IMG/VR virus record: IMGVR_UViG_3300025849_000016
Coordinates: 42,705 to 106,704 of that record
Reading direction: 5' to 3' (one strand)
Length of the DNA stretch: 64,000 nt
Source: a virus
The notes under the pieces were generated by a model, which was not told where the DNA came from, did no database searches, and worked only from the letters and a program-made list of their open reading frames with translations. Both the position numbers and the translations under genes were made by a program. Shown here one piece after another: positions 19,701-29,410 of the stretch; position 1 is the stretch's first letter; each line of letters opens with the position of its first letter.

Positions 19701-22700
19701 ACCTGTTTTAAAAATAACATTGCCGCCAGCGGCAGTACCTGTAGAACTACCTGCTTCAATATTTAAATTGTTACCTGCAATATTTGTACCTAATGCATTT
19801 GCTGTTGCTATTTTTTTTGTATCACCGCCTGAAGTATTTTGCTGTGAATTTGCTAACCAAAGATCACCGTCTGAGTATAATTGGTTAATGTAATTTAATT
19901 GCACATATCCGTTAACCATTGATAGGTTAGTTTTGTTAGCACCTGATTCAGTTTGTAGCGCAATACCATTAGTAAATATTTCATTAGTAATTGTTAGCGC
20001 ACCTGTCATTGCTACAGTATTGTTAAACGCAACATGGTTATCTGTACTATTACCTCTATCAGTTACTGTTTGTAAAGTGTCAGTTTCTGATGTAAGAAAT
20101 CCTGTACCATTATTAAAAGAAATAACACCAGTACTACTATCATAATTAATATTACCGGTTGCACTTATTCCAGATCTAGAAATAAATTCCGAGTCGTTAT
20201 TAAATATGCTTATGTTAGCACCTGATAACGCAACACTAGTTCCGCCTACTGTTAACCCACCAAATTCTGCACTATTTGAAGTAGACGAACCACGACCAGT
20301 TACAGTGTCTAATGTATCAACTTCGGTATAACTAGTTAAATACCCGCTACTGTTATTGAAACTAATTACACCGGTACTATTATTATATGTAATGTCACCG
20401 GTAGCACTAATGCCGGAGCGTGTAATAAACCCAGTGCCGCTGTTATCAATCGAAATTTCACCAGTACCGCTATTATACGAAATACCAGTACCACCACTTA
20501 AAGAACTTAAAGATATATAATTTGCATCGTTATTAAGTTCTGACACAGAAGATGCTAATACTTGATAGGTGCTACCGTCATTTGTAAATTCCCATTTACT
20601 ATTTGTTTCATTCCATCGTAGTACAACATTTGTTGATGTTCCTCTTTCAACTTCGATACCTGCATTTTCTGAAGGAGTGCCAGTTACGTCACTGTTAAGT
20701 GTCATAATATTATCAGCAATGTTAAGTGTAGCAGTATTAATAGTTGTTGTAGTTCCGCTTACTGTTAGATTACCGGTAACAGTCATATCGCCAACTTGAA
20801 TATTATTTGAAGTTGTTGCTCCGCGGCTAGTTACAGTATCTAACGTATCAACTTCTGTGTATTCGGTTATGTAACCGCTTGTGTTACTAAAGCTAATAAC
20901 ACCAGTAGTATTATTATATGTAATGTCGCCACTTGCACTAATTAATCCGCGTACTTCTGCATCTGTGCGCTCAGTAAATGATATAACACCAGTACTATTA
21001 TTATATGTTAAGTCACCACTTGCACTTATCAATCCACGCACTTCAGCATCAGTACGTTCAGTAAAACTAAATGCACCTGTTGCATTGTTGTAAGATAAAT
21101 CGCCGGTTGCACTTAAATCTGATAATATAATAAAATTAGTGTCATTAGTAAAATCACTTAAATTGCTAGGAGTCGTATAACTGATTACACCCGTTGCACT
21201 ATTATAAGCAAGATCGCCTCCTACACTTATAGAGCCTCTTGCTCTTGCCTGTGTAAAATATTGGTTAGTAGATCCTTCAGATAAATCATCTGTATCTTTT
21301 GCTGCAAAGTTTGTATCAAAGTTAGTTGATGTATAAGGATCTGCAGGTTCCCAATACTGATTTGCATTGTCCCAAACAAGTATTTGTCCATTAGTTGCAG
21401 TACTTGTATAATTTACATCTGCTAAATCGTCAAGTGTTGCTAACGCTATTCTTGCATCAGCATCAGCATCTTTATATGTAGTAACACTAATTACACCTGT
21501 TGCGTTGTTGTATGTTGCATCTCCGGTTGCACTTATCAATCCACGCACTTCAGCATCAGTACGTTCAGTAAAACTAAACTCTCCGCTAGAATTGTTATAT
21601 GATAAATCGCCTCCTGCGCTTAGGTCAGCAAGTTTAATAAATCCTGCATTATTTGTTAAATCACCTAAATCATCAGGAGCAGTATAACTTATAATGCCAG
21701 TAGCATTGTCATAACTTAAATCACCACCTGCACTAATTAATCCGCGTACTTCAGAATCTGTTCTTTCAGTAAATGATATAACACCAGTTGAACTATCATA
21801 ACTTATATCGCCCAATGCACTTATTGCTGAACGTGCTCTAGCATTTGTAAAATATAAGTTTGCACCTTCAGATAAATTAGTAGTTGATTTATTTCCAAAT
21901 GCTGTATCAAATCTTGCTTGTGTATAGTAAAGGTTGGTTGTTCCTTCAGCTAAATCGTCTGTAGTGACTCCACTTAAATCTAAGTTAGCACCTGCTTGTA
22001 AATTAATACGTGCATCTACCCTAGCATCTGTATAATATAAATTTGTTAAACCTTCACTAAGAGCATCAGTATCATGATTTGAAATATCGCTAACTGTACC
22101 TGTTACATTACCTGTTAGCGCACCTGCAAAGTTTGTACTTGCTGTAATTACAGTACCGTTAATTGTTGTACCTGTAATTGCCGCGGCAGAAGTAGCACCA
22201 ATAATAGTACCATCAATATTGCCGCCGTTTATGTCAACTGTAGTAAATGTACTAGTACCAGTAGATGTTACATCACCTGCTAAATCACCCGTTACGTTAC
22301 CAGTTACGTTACCAGTTACATTACCTGTTAAATCACCTGTTACATCGCCAATTAGACTTGTATCAAGTGATTTGTTCATTACAAACTTATCACCTGTTGC
22401 AGCGTATGTTAATGTAGCATCAGCTCCGTCAATTGTTAACCCTGCGCCATTAGCTGCTGCTGCATCAGCTGCTCCGCTTGCAACTACAATATTAAGATCT
22501 TCAACTGTTAAAGTTGCCGTGTTTAATGTAGTAGTTGTACCGTTAACAGTTAAATTACCTGATACAATTAAATTATCGTCAACTGTAACATCTGTTCCAG
22601 ATCCTACTGCTGTAATAGTATCTGTAAGAATTTTATCAGTTAAGGTAATGGTATTAAATGTTACATCTTGATCAGTTGCAATGTTTTGTGCAATGCTAAA

Positions 22701-23111
22701 TTCACCAGTAGCATTATTATATGTAATACCTGTGCCACCACTTAAATCTGTAAGAGTAATGTATCCAGTTGTATTGTTAAAACTTATTTGGCCATTTGTA
22801 CTTTCGTAAGTAATATCACCTGTGCCGCTAAATAAATTTCGCACTTGTTGGTCAGTACGTTGTGTAAAGCTAATAACACCTGTACTATTATTATACGTAA
22901 TATCACCACCTGCTGATAAATCAGTAAGTGTTATATAATTTGCATCGTTAGTTAATTCACTTACATTATCAGCATCTGTTAATACAGTATCGCTTCCTAT
23001 TGTAATTGTGTATCCGTTAGCGAATGCAGCGGTATTACTATCAATGTCAACATTGAAGTCGCCCGACCCTACCTGCAGGCCTTTTTTGACCTTAAAATCA
23101 CTAGTTGCCAT
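16707..23111 (-). CDS. Giant repeat-rich fibre protein (~2134 aa)
   Basis: Start reassigned to ATG 23111 (MATSDFKVKKG) because GTG 23120 abuts the GGGGAG SD. Many FTERTDAxxRGLISASGDLSYxNxTG and TDDLxEGxxNxYxTxAR repeats. Confidence 0.85.
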   Translation of the reverse strand: MATSDFKVKKGLQVGSGDFNVDIDSNTAAFANGYTITIGSDTVLTDADNVSELTNDANYITLTDLSAGGDITYNNSTGVISFTQRTDQQVRNLFSGTGDITYESTNGQISFNNTTGYITLTDLSGGTGITYNNATGEFSIAQNIATDQDVTFNTITLTDKILTDTITAVGSGTDVTVDDNLIVSGNLTVNGTTTTLNTATLTVEDLNIVVASGAADAAAANGAGLTIDGADATLTYAATGDKFVMNKSLDTSLIGDVTGDLTGNVTGNVTGNVTGDLAGDVTSTGTSTFTTVDINGGNIDGTIIGATSAAAITGTTINGTVITASTNFAGALTGNVTGTVSDISNHDTDALSEGLTNLYYTDARVDARINLQAGANLDLSGVTTDDLAEGTTNLYYTQARFDTAFGNKSTTNLSEGANLYFTNARARSAISALGDISYDSSTGVISFTERTDSEVRGLISAGGDLSYDNATGIISYTAPDDLGDLTNNAGFIKLADLSAGGDLSYNNSSGEFSFTERTDAEVRGLISATGDATYNNATGVISVTTYKDADADARIALATLDDLADVNYTSTATNGQILVWDNANQYWEPADPYTSTNFDTNFAAKDTDDLSEGSTNQYFTQARARGSISVGGDLAYNSATGVISYTTPSNLSDFTNDTNFIILSDLSATGDLSYNNATGAFSFTERTDAEVRGLISASGDLTYNNSTGVISFTERTDAEVRGLISASGDITYNNTTGVISFSNTSGYITEYTEVDTLDTVTSRGATTSNNIQVGDMTVTGNLTVSGTTTTINTATLNIADNIMTLNSDVTGTPSENAGIEVERGTSTNVVLRWNETNSKWEFTNDGSTYQVLASSVSELNNDANYISLSSLSGGTGISYNSGTGEISIDNSGTGFITRSGISATGDITYNNSTGVISFNNSSGYLTSYTEVDTLDTVTGRGSSTSNSAEFGGLTVGGTSVALSGANISIFNNDSEFISRSGISATGNINYDSSTGVISFNNGTGFLTSETDTLQTVTDRGNSTDNHVAFNNTVAMTGALTITNEIFTNGIALQTESGANKTNLSMVNGYVQLNYINQLYSDGDLWLANSQQNTSGGDTKKIATANALGTNIAGNNLNIEAGSSTGTAAGGNVIFKTGSTGVSGTATNALSERLKISGADGKITINAAYALPTSDGTTGQALVTDGSGSTSFGQIAYSAISGTPTLATVATSGSYNDLTDTPASSSDSDIRALFSASGSLSYDNSTGVFSYTERTDATIRGLISATGDITYNSTTGVISFTQASAPVTSVNTQTGAVVLSTGDISESGSNQYFLASRARNALSVSGDLSYNSATGVISFTQRTNTEVRGLISASGDLSYDNATGIMSFTERTDATIRGLISGTGDIGYDNSTGVISFSNNSGFITTYTETDTLDSVTDRGATTTNNLTVGGLIVSGDLTVSGTTTTINTATLDVADNIITLNSDVTGTPTENAGISINRGVSSAVDIRWNETNDEWEFTNDGTNYQVIAVDTGDLTNTAGFITRTGISADGDLSYDNATGIMSFTERTDATIRGLISASGDLSYDNATGIMSFTQRTDSQVRGLLSASGDLSYDAATGTISFTERTDATIRGLVSGTGDISYNSTTGEFSFNNTSGYITSASITETDTLQSVTSRGSTTTNSIAVNDMQVNGNLTVAGTTTTINSTTINLADNIITLNSDFNSGTPTENAGIEVLRGSNSTVSLRWNESLDRWQYTNDGSTYSSFPVNLSDLNNDLSFLALTDISGTGDISFDQGTGVISFNNTSNYLTSEADTLGTVTGRGNTTSSALVVNNSITVQNEIYTQGVALKYSNSANVPQLEIGSDFFRLENNNDFFVESDITLGRAATDSIGGSTKTIASSNGVGTNISGSTIEIVAGSSTGTAASGSIVFKTGSQGSANNNVTNILQERFKIQGNNGAIRINNAYTLPTADGNNGEFLGTDGSGDVTFKQITYSNISGTPSIAQVGLTGNYADLNGAPTNVSHFTNDAGYISATGGGFDGDVTGSIFGDDSTLLVDGVNSVLNTSKLDQAGATSGQALVWNNFTLAWEPGTVDGASIDIILDQIGDIDTTGVSNGDYLRWDSIQGKWLPVSPGESSGISTSEAEDLSFTAALIMG
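18240..21880 (-). repeat. 87-bp (29-aa) coding repeat family FTERTDAxxRGLISASGDLSYDNATGxxS
   Basis: Clusters of units; 18443-18525 and 18971-19053 are identical over 83 bp. Confidence 0.85.
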
Positions 23112-23143
23112 CTGGTTCACTCTCCCCTAATTGGCTTATATTG

Positions 23144-23149
23144 TATTTA
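23144..23149 (-). promoter_or_regulatory. T4-like late promoter core (GATAAATACAAT)
   Basis: Same 12-mer as at 3295; intergenic, upstream of the SD. Confidence 0.6.
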
Positions 23150-23153
23150 TCGG

Positions 23154-26100
23154 TTACAATGTAATCATAGTTTTAGCTACTTTGTAAACCAATGTATTTG
23201 CTGTTGACGGTGTAGCCAACAACTCAATATTGCCCCCTGAAACTTGTGTGCTGAAGGTTGCAAGTGCTGAACTGCCAGTAAATAAAACTGCATATTCTGT
23301 TGATTTTACGCCTGCATTATTTGTGCTATCATGTAATATTAACATTTCTTGTGCTTGATATTCGCCATCTGATGCATTATTAATTTGTATTAAAACTTTT
23401 GCAGTTCTAAAGTCTGCCACTGCCCATTCTGCAATTTTAACAGCATTTGTACCGCTTGCTGTTGTTGTTTCAGTGTCTAATGCAACATCTTGAACTTGCA
23501 ACGGTGCTTTAGGTGTTGATGTTTGCACGCCAACAAAATCAGAACTCCCGTCAACAAATAATGCATGAGTTTGTTGATTTGTTTCAACTCTAAAATCTAC
23601 ACTTGCTCCGGCATCATTAATAGTTACAGCACCTTCAATCGACGCACCTTGGTCTACTGTTAATGGATTTTGTATATCAATAGTGCCAGTACCTGCTGCA
23701 CGTAATTCTAAATTACTATTAGAAACTGTTGTTCCTATATAGCTACTATTAATTTCAATATCGCCAACATCAAGTCTGCCAAATCCTGTTTCAGTTAATT
23801 CGGCTGCCATTACGCCATTTGCAAAAAACTTAATAGTATCATTATCTGCGCCAGGAGTTGTTTCTGTGCTAATATATGTATCTCCATCTACATCGCCGGT
23901 GTTTTGCAAACTAATCCAATTAGCTCCATCATATCCTTCATAATAATTGTTAGTTGTATTAAATCTAATTTGTCCTTGAACAGGAGTTGGTCGCTGTACA
24001 GTTGTACCTACTGGTACTTTTATTGCATCAGTGCCATTGATATCAACACTAACGCCCGGAGTTAAAGTATTAACTCCTATTCTGTGCTCAACACCATCTA
24101 CAAATAATGTGTCTGTATCAACTGTTAATTCGTCAAGTGTTAATGCATCAAGTGTAATACTATTTGACCATACTGGAACTGATCCGTTACTTTTTAATAC
24201 ATACCCGTCAGGTCCAATTCCTAACTTAGTTAAAGAATCACTATTTAAACTTAAATTACTAGCAGCGTATAATATATCACCTGTTGAGTAACTATTTAAG
24301 TTTGTACCACCTTTTGTAATAGGCATTGAACGTGTATTGTTTTCCGGATTTAGATAGTACGAACCTGACTGTCCATTAAGTGTACTTGCATCTAATTGGC
24401 CGCCGTCTGCTGTGCTAAGAACACTAACTTCACCGTCAGCTGTAATATCAAACTGAGATTTATTAAATGCTGCAACTCCAAAATTAGTATAGGTAACATC
24501 TCCAGCAGTAGGATCAATAGGATCAACTTGTATTTCAAGTTCTCCAAAATATTTTAATTCGCCGCCTTCGGTAACACTATCACCTACAATTGATATTGGA
24601 TTATTTGTTGCAATAGTCATACTACGTACAGTTCTTTTATACGTTCCGTCGCCGTACAATGCAGTATTTTGGTTAGCTGTACCTGTACCTAATCGTGTAG
24701 TTGAAATAGTTCCACTAACAATATTAGTTGCATCAATATTTAAGCTATTTAAACTAGAATAATTATCTACATTTTGACTAGATGTGTTTATAGTACCAAT
24801 AATTTTTACATTTTGTTCACGGAAGTTTGTTGTACCAGAATTTTCTGCGGTAATGTCAACTACTGATTGTATTGTTCCGTTTACGCTTTCAATTGCATCA
24901 TTTCTTAGAGTATGAAGTGTAAATGAATTAGTTGTAATACTACCTATAAAATAAAAGTTACCGTCAGTTAATCCTGTAGGCGGTGTTGATGAAATTAGTC
25001 TAATTCCTGTACCAGTAGCATATCCGTGATTGGGAAGAAATATTCTATTACCGCTTGTGCTAACATTACGTACTCTAAATAAATGAGTTCCATTACTACT
25101 TGTTCCAAAGTCTACTTGACTTGCAACAGATAAAGTATATGATGTATATACTTCAAACGTATCAGCATCTATTTTCTTTACAAAATATACTACACCATTT
25201 TCTAATCCGCCAATTTCAGTATTGCCATTTGCGTTATATTCTATAGGATCTCCGTTTATAAGACCGTGTGCTGTTTTAATAATTTGATTACTAGTGTAAT
25301 TAATTTCATTGTCTACAGCATTTGCGCTAAACGTTGTTGTTGTAAATCCTGCTTGGTTAATATTTTGTATAACTGCATTATTGTCTTCAATGTATTCGTT
25401 AGTTGTAACACTTGCAACAAATTTTACATTGTTTCCAGTAAGATTAACATATAATCTATTTTCAACTGTTTGCACATCGACAGTAAATGCACTACCGCCT
25501 GATCTTCCACCTAAGTTAGCATCACTTGCGCTAAGAGTATCGCCTGTTGTATACCCAGTGCCGCCTCTAGTTAGATCGACTACAGTAACAACACCTGTTC
25601 CGTCAACTGTAATGTCAGCTTTTGCTCCACTACCGGTGCCGCCTGTTAATGGTACATTTATATATGTACCTGCTGAGCCGTATCCACTACCGCTAGGCAA
25701 CGTATTTGTATTTGTAAATGTAGCAACGCCTTCTCTATATTCTACAATTGTACCTTCTGCAAGTGTATTTGCTCCTGTTACATCTGTACCATTTACAAAA
25801 TTATGTATTGTACTATCATCAGGATCATCGATTATTAAGAATTGACTTTCACTGTCATTTGATAAGAAATAATTGTCCTGTGCATCAACACTACCAGTTG
25901 TAGCTGTTGGATAAACATTCAACGCACCTGTTGTACTTCCGCTAAGTGTATCTGCTACGTTTGTTGTAAACGTACCGCTAACATTTACAAGAGTAATGCT
26001 TGTATCTGAGCTTACCGCAGCTTTAACTTCACCTGTTGCTCCGCTATTTGCTTGCGTTATTGTTTCACCTTTTACAACAGATGTAGCTGTATCAACTGTT

Positions 26101-29100
26101 AAAACTTCTTGAGTATATGCTTCAATAACATTGTCGCCTGATAATACTTCGTCAGCAGGAATATTTTCAAATAAAGTTAATCTTTCTTCAAATTTATCTA
26201 AAGTAAAACTACTGTTTGTTCTAATAGGCGGTATTAAGTCGCTGTTAATTTTACCAGAACTATTTAATTGTACAACAGCACCCGGCACACTTGAAGACGT
26301 AACTTGTTTATCTAAGAAATCTCCTAGTCTGTTGTTCATAAAGGTTCGTTGAGCTAACTGGGTAGTTAATCTACCATGACTTGCTCCGCCTGGGTCATTA
26401 TCACCTAGTGTAACATCTGTAGATATAGCTTCAATAGTTACATCTGATAAACTTAATTGTAAACTATCTAACTGAGCAATAGAAACTTTGTTTGTAAATG
26501 TAACATTACCTGTTCTATTTTGAGCTGTAATGAATTTACCAACTTTAAAATCACCTAGTTCTGTTGTACCTGAAGTATATACTCTTCCAGGCAAATCTTC
26601 GTATTGTTCATAATCAGGAATACTCTGGCCGCCATTGATTGGCATAGCGTTATAATCTGTACCGGACCCTGCATATTCCCAAGTATGTGCAGAACTATTA
26701 ACAATAGACGGGCGATGTAAAAAACACTGGAAGCCTGGTAACAACGCAATATTGTTAACTGATCCGCCTGATAATGTTGAACGAATAAGTATTTTAGCAC
26801 TATGTAAATTTGTTTTATCAGCAACACTAGATATAGAAATATTAGTATTACCATTAGCATCAACATTAATAGTACTGCTTGCTGTAAATTTAACATAGCT
26901 AGTAACACCTGAAACAACAACTTGGTTAATACTAACAACAAGAGTGTTAGTGCCGCTATCCCAACTATACACATACGCATTATTTGTGTTGCCACTAACT
27001 GTACCTGTAATTTCTTGACCTACTGTAAAGTTATATGAGCCTGCTCCTAATACTATAGTTTGATATATTGTATGAGCATTTTTAATTTCATTAATAAAAA
27101 ATTCTTCGTCGCCTGATATAAATTTATGCGTGCCAGAAGATGTAGTGCCTAGTTCTGCTAAATTACTTAATTCTTCATCTTCATATAACTGAAATTCGTT
27201 AGTATTAATTAAACTTACATAATAATAGGTTTCGTCGTAAATGCCAAATATATCTGCATTACCATTAGAATCATATCTTACTCTATCTCCGTTAGAAAAC
27301 CCATGTGTTGTAATAACAAATTTATTATTGGCTATATCTACTGTACTGCTATTTGCACTAAATGTTTTTGTTGTAGTGCTTGTTTTGTAATCATCAGTAA
27401 CATCATCTCCGTTACTGTTTACAAATCTTGTAATGTAGTGTTCTGTTACTGCCCTGTCAAACCCTATTAAATCGAATGTTTGGAATACTCCGTCAACGCC
27501 ATTTGTTGCTATTATTCCTCTATCAAATTCAAATGCTTCGCTCCTAAAGCCACTTGCTCTTAGTGCGTAAGTACCAAAGTTTGTTGCAGAGTTTGTAATT
27601 GATAAGTAGCCGCCGCTTTGAGCATAAGAACCATTTTTACAAAAAATCTGGAAACAACTAACAATTTGTGAATATGCATTATTTGATACTCTATAACCAG
27701 TTCCTCCAAAAGATAAGATAGTAAATGCGTTACCAACAATACTTGGATTTTGTACTGGCGCTGCGCCTGCAACAGGATTTTCAGCTTCTAATTGATTAAC
27801 AGGAGTATTTGGTTGGAATACTTTTGACCCATCTACATTACACCCGTTTCCTCCTAAAAAACTAATGATAGAACAGTTTTGTACATAAGGTGAAGCTGTA
27901 ATTATTGTTTTTTGTATAGGTAACCCTGGATACGAATGTCTACTCACACCATGGTCGTCTGGATCATCAAATGCTACAGCAAAATTATATGTTCCTGTAG
28001 GTATTCCGTTTGCATCTAGTTTATCTCTAAATGTAAATCCGCTCATATACGCTGCATTACGAATACGGAAAATATCTTTTTGAACATTTTGAGGACGTAT
28101 AACTACAGAGCGCAACGCATCGCCCATTATAGAAACGTTGTCTGGTACGACAATAGGATTGTCTTCTAAATATTCTCCAGTGCCTATTTTAATAGATACA
28201 AGATTAACAGTAAAAGTTCCATAAACTATTGCACTGGCCTGTCCTATACCTAGATCAAGAATAGTAATTGTTTCGTCCCATAAATCGTCGTGAGCAGTTT
28301 TCGAACTTGCGCCGTCGTCATATGTATTATTTGTTACTTGTGTAACAGTTGTTTGGAAAGGAGCATTAGCATTGCCGTCTTGATCATCAGTTAATGCAAT
28401 ATTTCTAATAATATCACCTGCGATATGTTTTGCATACTCTAACGCCGCAACAGTTTGTGGTTTTTGATTATCAATTACTTCTTGCGTAGATGTTGTTCCT
28501 AAATAATACTTTTTACCAGCTTCAATAGATTTACTATTACCACCAAATTTTAAATCGTATATTACTGCGTCAACAATATATCCTACATCTCTTTCACAAG
28601 TTGTACTGTTATAAGTAAAGCCACTCCATATTCCGCCTGCATTTGCAACTTGATATGTAATGTATGCTATAACTTCTTTTTGTATAAACGTTTTGTTTAA
28701 TGTTAAAAGTTGAATCGCATCATTTTTTGTGTCAGTAACTGTAACTTTTGGCACATAAACATTTTCACTAGCAATTTCACATGCTTTCTTAATGCTTGCT
28801 ACGGGCTTTATAAATCCATCATTACTGTCACTACCTGCAACACTATCAACATAGATCATGTTTGAAGTGATGCCAGGATTCTCAAAACTTAGTGTTCCAG
28901 ATCCGTCTGTAGTGATAACTTGCCCGGGCGCACCTGCTGTAGGTGGAAGTTTAAAATCATAGGTGCTAGTAATACTTTCAGGTACTTTAATTACAACACC
29001 GTTAGTTCCGTTTGCACTAGCTTCTCTAATTGTAATAGAATCATTATCTTCAATGACAACAGGAACTTTAATATTCATTGCTGCGTTTGCAACTTCAACA

Positions 29101-29336
29101 ACATTAGATCCGTCTGCTTCTAATACAATTTTACCGTTTGCACCGCTTTCGTCAATGCTTACACTAGTGTCACCGTCGTGTATTTGTTTTGTAATTTCTC
29201 TAACTGAACTGTCAGATTTTTTCATAAACAGTTTACCATCAGCAGTATTAAGAGCTAATTGCCCTTCATCCATTTGTCCTGCTGTTGGTGCTCTACCTGC
29301 AACACTAGAGCGGAGATGCTTAATCTTACTTGCCAT
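23154..29336 (-). CDS. Giant virion protein (2060 aa): Mtd-N-like N-terminus, beta-helix, CxRD helical insert, HGxxxG repeats, fibre C-terminus
   Basis: IKHLRSSVAGRAP...EGQLALNTADGKLF; IYVDSVAGSDSNDG; CERDVGYIVDAVIYDLKFGGN; three HG(F/L/Y)xxG repeats; EYQAQEMLILHD...EYAV C-terminal domain. Confidence 0.85.
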   Translation of the reverse strand: MASKIKHLRSSVAGRAPTAGQMDEGQLALNTADGKLFMKKSDSSVREITKQIHDGDTSVSIDESGANGKIVLEADGSNVVEVANAAMNIKVPVVIEDNDSITIREASANGTNGVVIKVPESITSTYDFKLPPTAGAPGQVITTDGSGTLSFENPGITSNMIYVDSVAGSDSNDGFIKPVASIKKACEIASENVYVPKVTVTDTKNDAIQLLTLNKTFIQKEVIAYITYQVANAGGIWSGFTYNSTTCERDVGYIVDAVIYDLKFGGNSKSIEAGKKYYLGTTSTQEVIDNQKPQTVAALEYAKHIAGDIIRNIALTDDQDGNANAPFQTTVTQVTNNTYDDGASSKTAHDDLWDETITILDLGIGQASAIVYGTFTVNLVSIKIGTGEYLEDNPIVVPDNVSIMGDALRSVVIRPQNVQKDIFRIRNAAYMSGFTFRDKLDANGIPTGTYNFAVAFDDPDDHGVSRHSYPGLPIQKTIITASPYVQNCSIISFLGGNGCNVDGSKVFQPNTPVNQLEAENPVAGAAPVQNPSIVGNAFTILSFGGTGYRVSNNAYSQIVSCFQIFCKNGSYAQSGGYLSITNSATNFGTYALRASGFRSEAFEFDRGIIATNGVDGVFQTFDLIGFDRAVTEHYITRFVNSNGDDVTDDYKTSTTTKTFSANSSTVDIANNKFVITTHGFSNGDRVRYDSNGNADIFGIYDETYYYVSLINTNEFQLYEDEELSNLAELGTTSSGTHKFISGDEEFFINEIKNAHTIYQTIVLGAGSYNFTVGQEITGTVSGNTNNAYVYSWDSGTNTLVVSINQVVVSGVTSYVKFTASSTINVDANGNTNISISSVADKTNLHSAKILIRSTLSGGSVNNIALLPGFQCFLHRPSIVNSSAHTWEYAGSGTDYNAMPINGGQSIPDYEQYEDLPGRVYTSGTTELGDFKVGKFITAQNRTGNVTFTNKVSIAQLDSLQLSLSDVTIEAISTDVTLGDNDPGGASHGRLTTQLAQRTFMNNRLGDFLDKQVTSSSVPGAVVQLNSSGKINSDLIPPIRTNSSFTLDKFEERLTLFENIPADEVLSGDNVIEAYTQEVLTVDTATSVVKGETITQANSGATGEVKAAVSSDTSITLVNVSGTFTTNVADTLSGSTTGALNVYPTATTGSVDAQDNYFLSNDSESQFLIIDDPDDSTIHNFVNGTDVTGANTLAEGTIVEYREGVATFTNTNTLPSGSGYGSAGTYINVPLTGGTGSGAKADITVDGTGVVTVVDLTRGGTGYTTGDTLSASDANLGGRSGGSAFTVDVQTVENRLYVNLTGNNVKFVASVTTNEYIEDNNAVIQNINQAGFTTTTFSANAVDNEINYTSNQIIKTAHGLINGDPIEYNANGNTEIGGLENGVVYFVKKIDADTFEVYTSYTLSVASQVDFGTSSNGTHLFRVRNVSTSGNRIFLPNHGYATGTGIRLISSTPPTGLTDGNFYFIGSITTNSFTLHTLRNDAIESVNGTIQSVVDITAENSGTTNFREQNVKIIGTINTSSQNVDNYSSLNSLNIDATNIVSGTISTTRLGTGTANQNTALYGDGTYKRTVRSMTIATNNPISIVGDSVTEGGELKYFGELEIQVDPIDPTAGDVTYTNFGVAAFNKSQFDITADGEVSVLSTADGGQLDASTLNGQSGSYYLNPENNTRSMPITKGGTNLNSYSTGDILYAASNLSLNSDSLTKLGIGPDGYVLKSNGSVPVWSNSITLDALTLDELTVDTDTLFVDGVEHRIGVNTLTPGVSVDINGTDAIKVPVGTTVQRPTPVQGQIRFNTTNNYYEGYDGANWISLQNTGDVDGDTYISTETTPGADNDTIKFFANGVMAAELTETGFGRLDVGDIEINSSYIGTTVSNSNLELRAAGTGTIDIQNPLTVDQGASIEGAVTINDAGASVDFRVETNQQTHALFVDGSSDFVGVQTSTPKAPLQVQDVALDTETTTASGTNAVKIAEWAVADFRTAKVLIQINNASDGEYQAQEMLILHDSTNNAGVKSTEYAVLFTGSSALATFSTQVSGGNIELLATPSTANTLVYKVAKTMITL

Positions 29337-29398
29337 TTTTCAATCCTATATAGTATGGGTCAGGTCCTAAGACGCCCGGTGGTCAAAAGTTGTTATTG

Positions 29399-29404
29399 TA
29401 TTTA
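29399..29404 (-). promoter_or_regulatory. T4-like late promoter core (AATAAATACAAT)
   Basis: Intergenic TAAATAC followed by a GC-rich leader. Confidence 0.55.
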
Positions 29405-29410
29405 TTGCAT

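Noticed and set aside
18240-21880. Regularly spaced repeats as a possible CRISPR array
   Set aside because: The units are in-frame 87-bp coding repeats without unique spacers; no cas genes are present.
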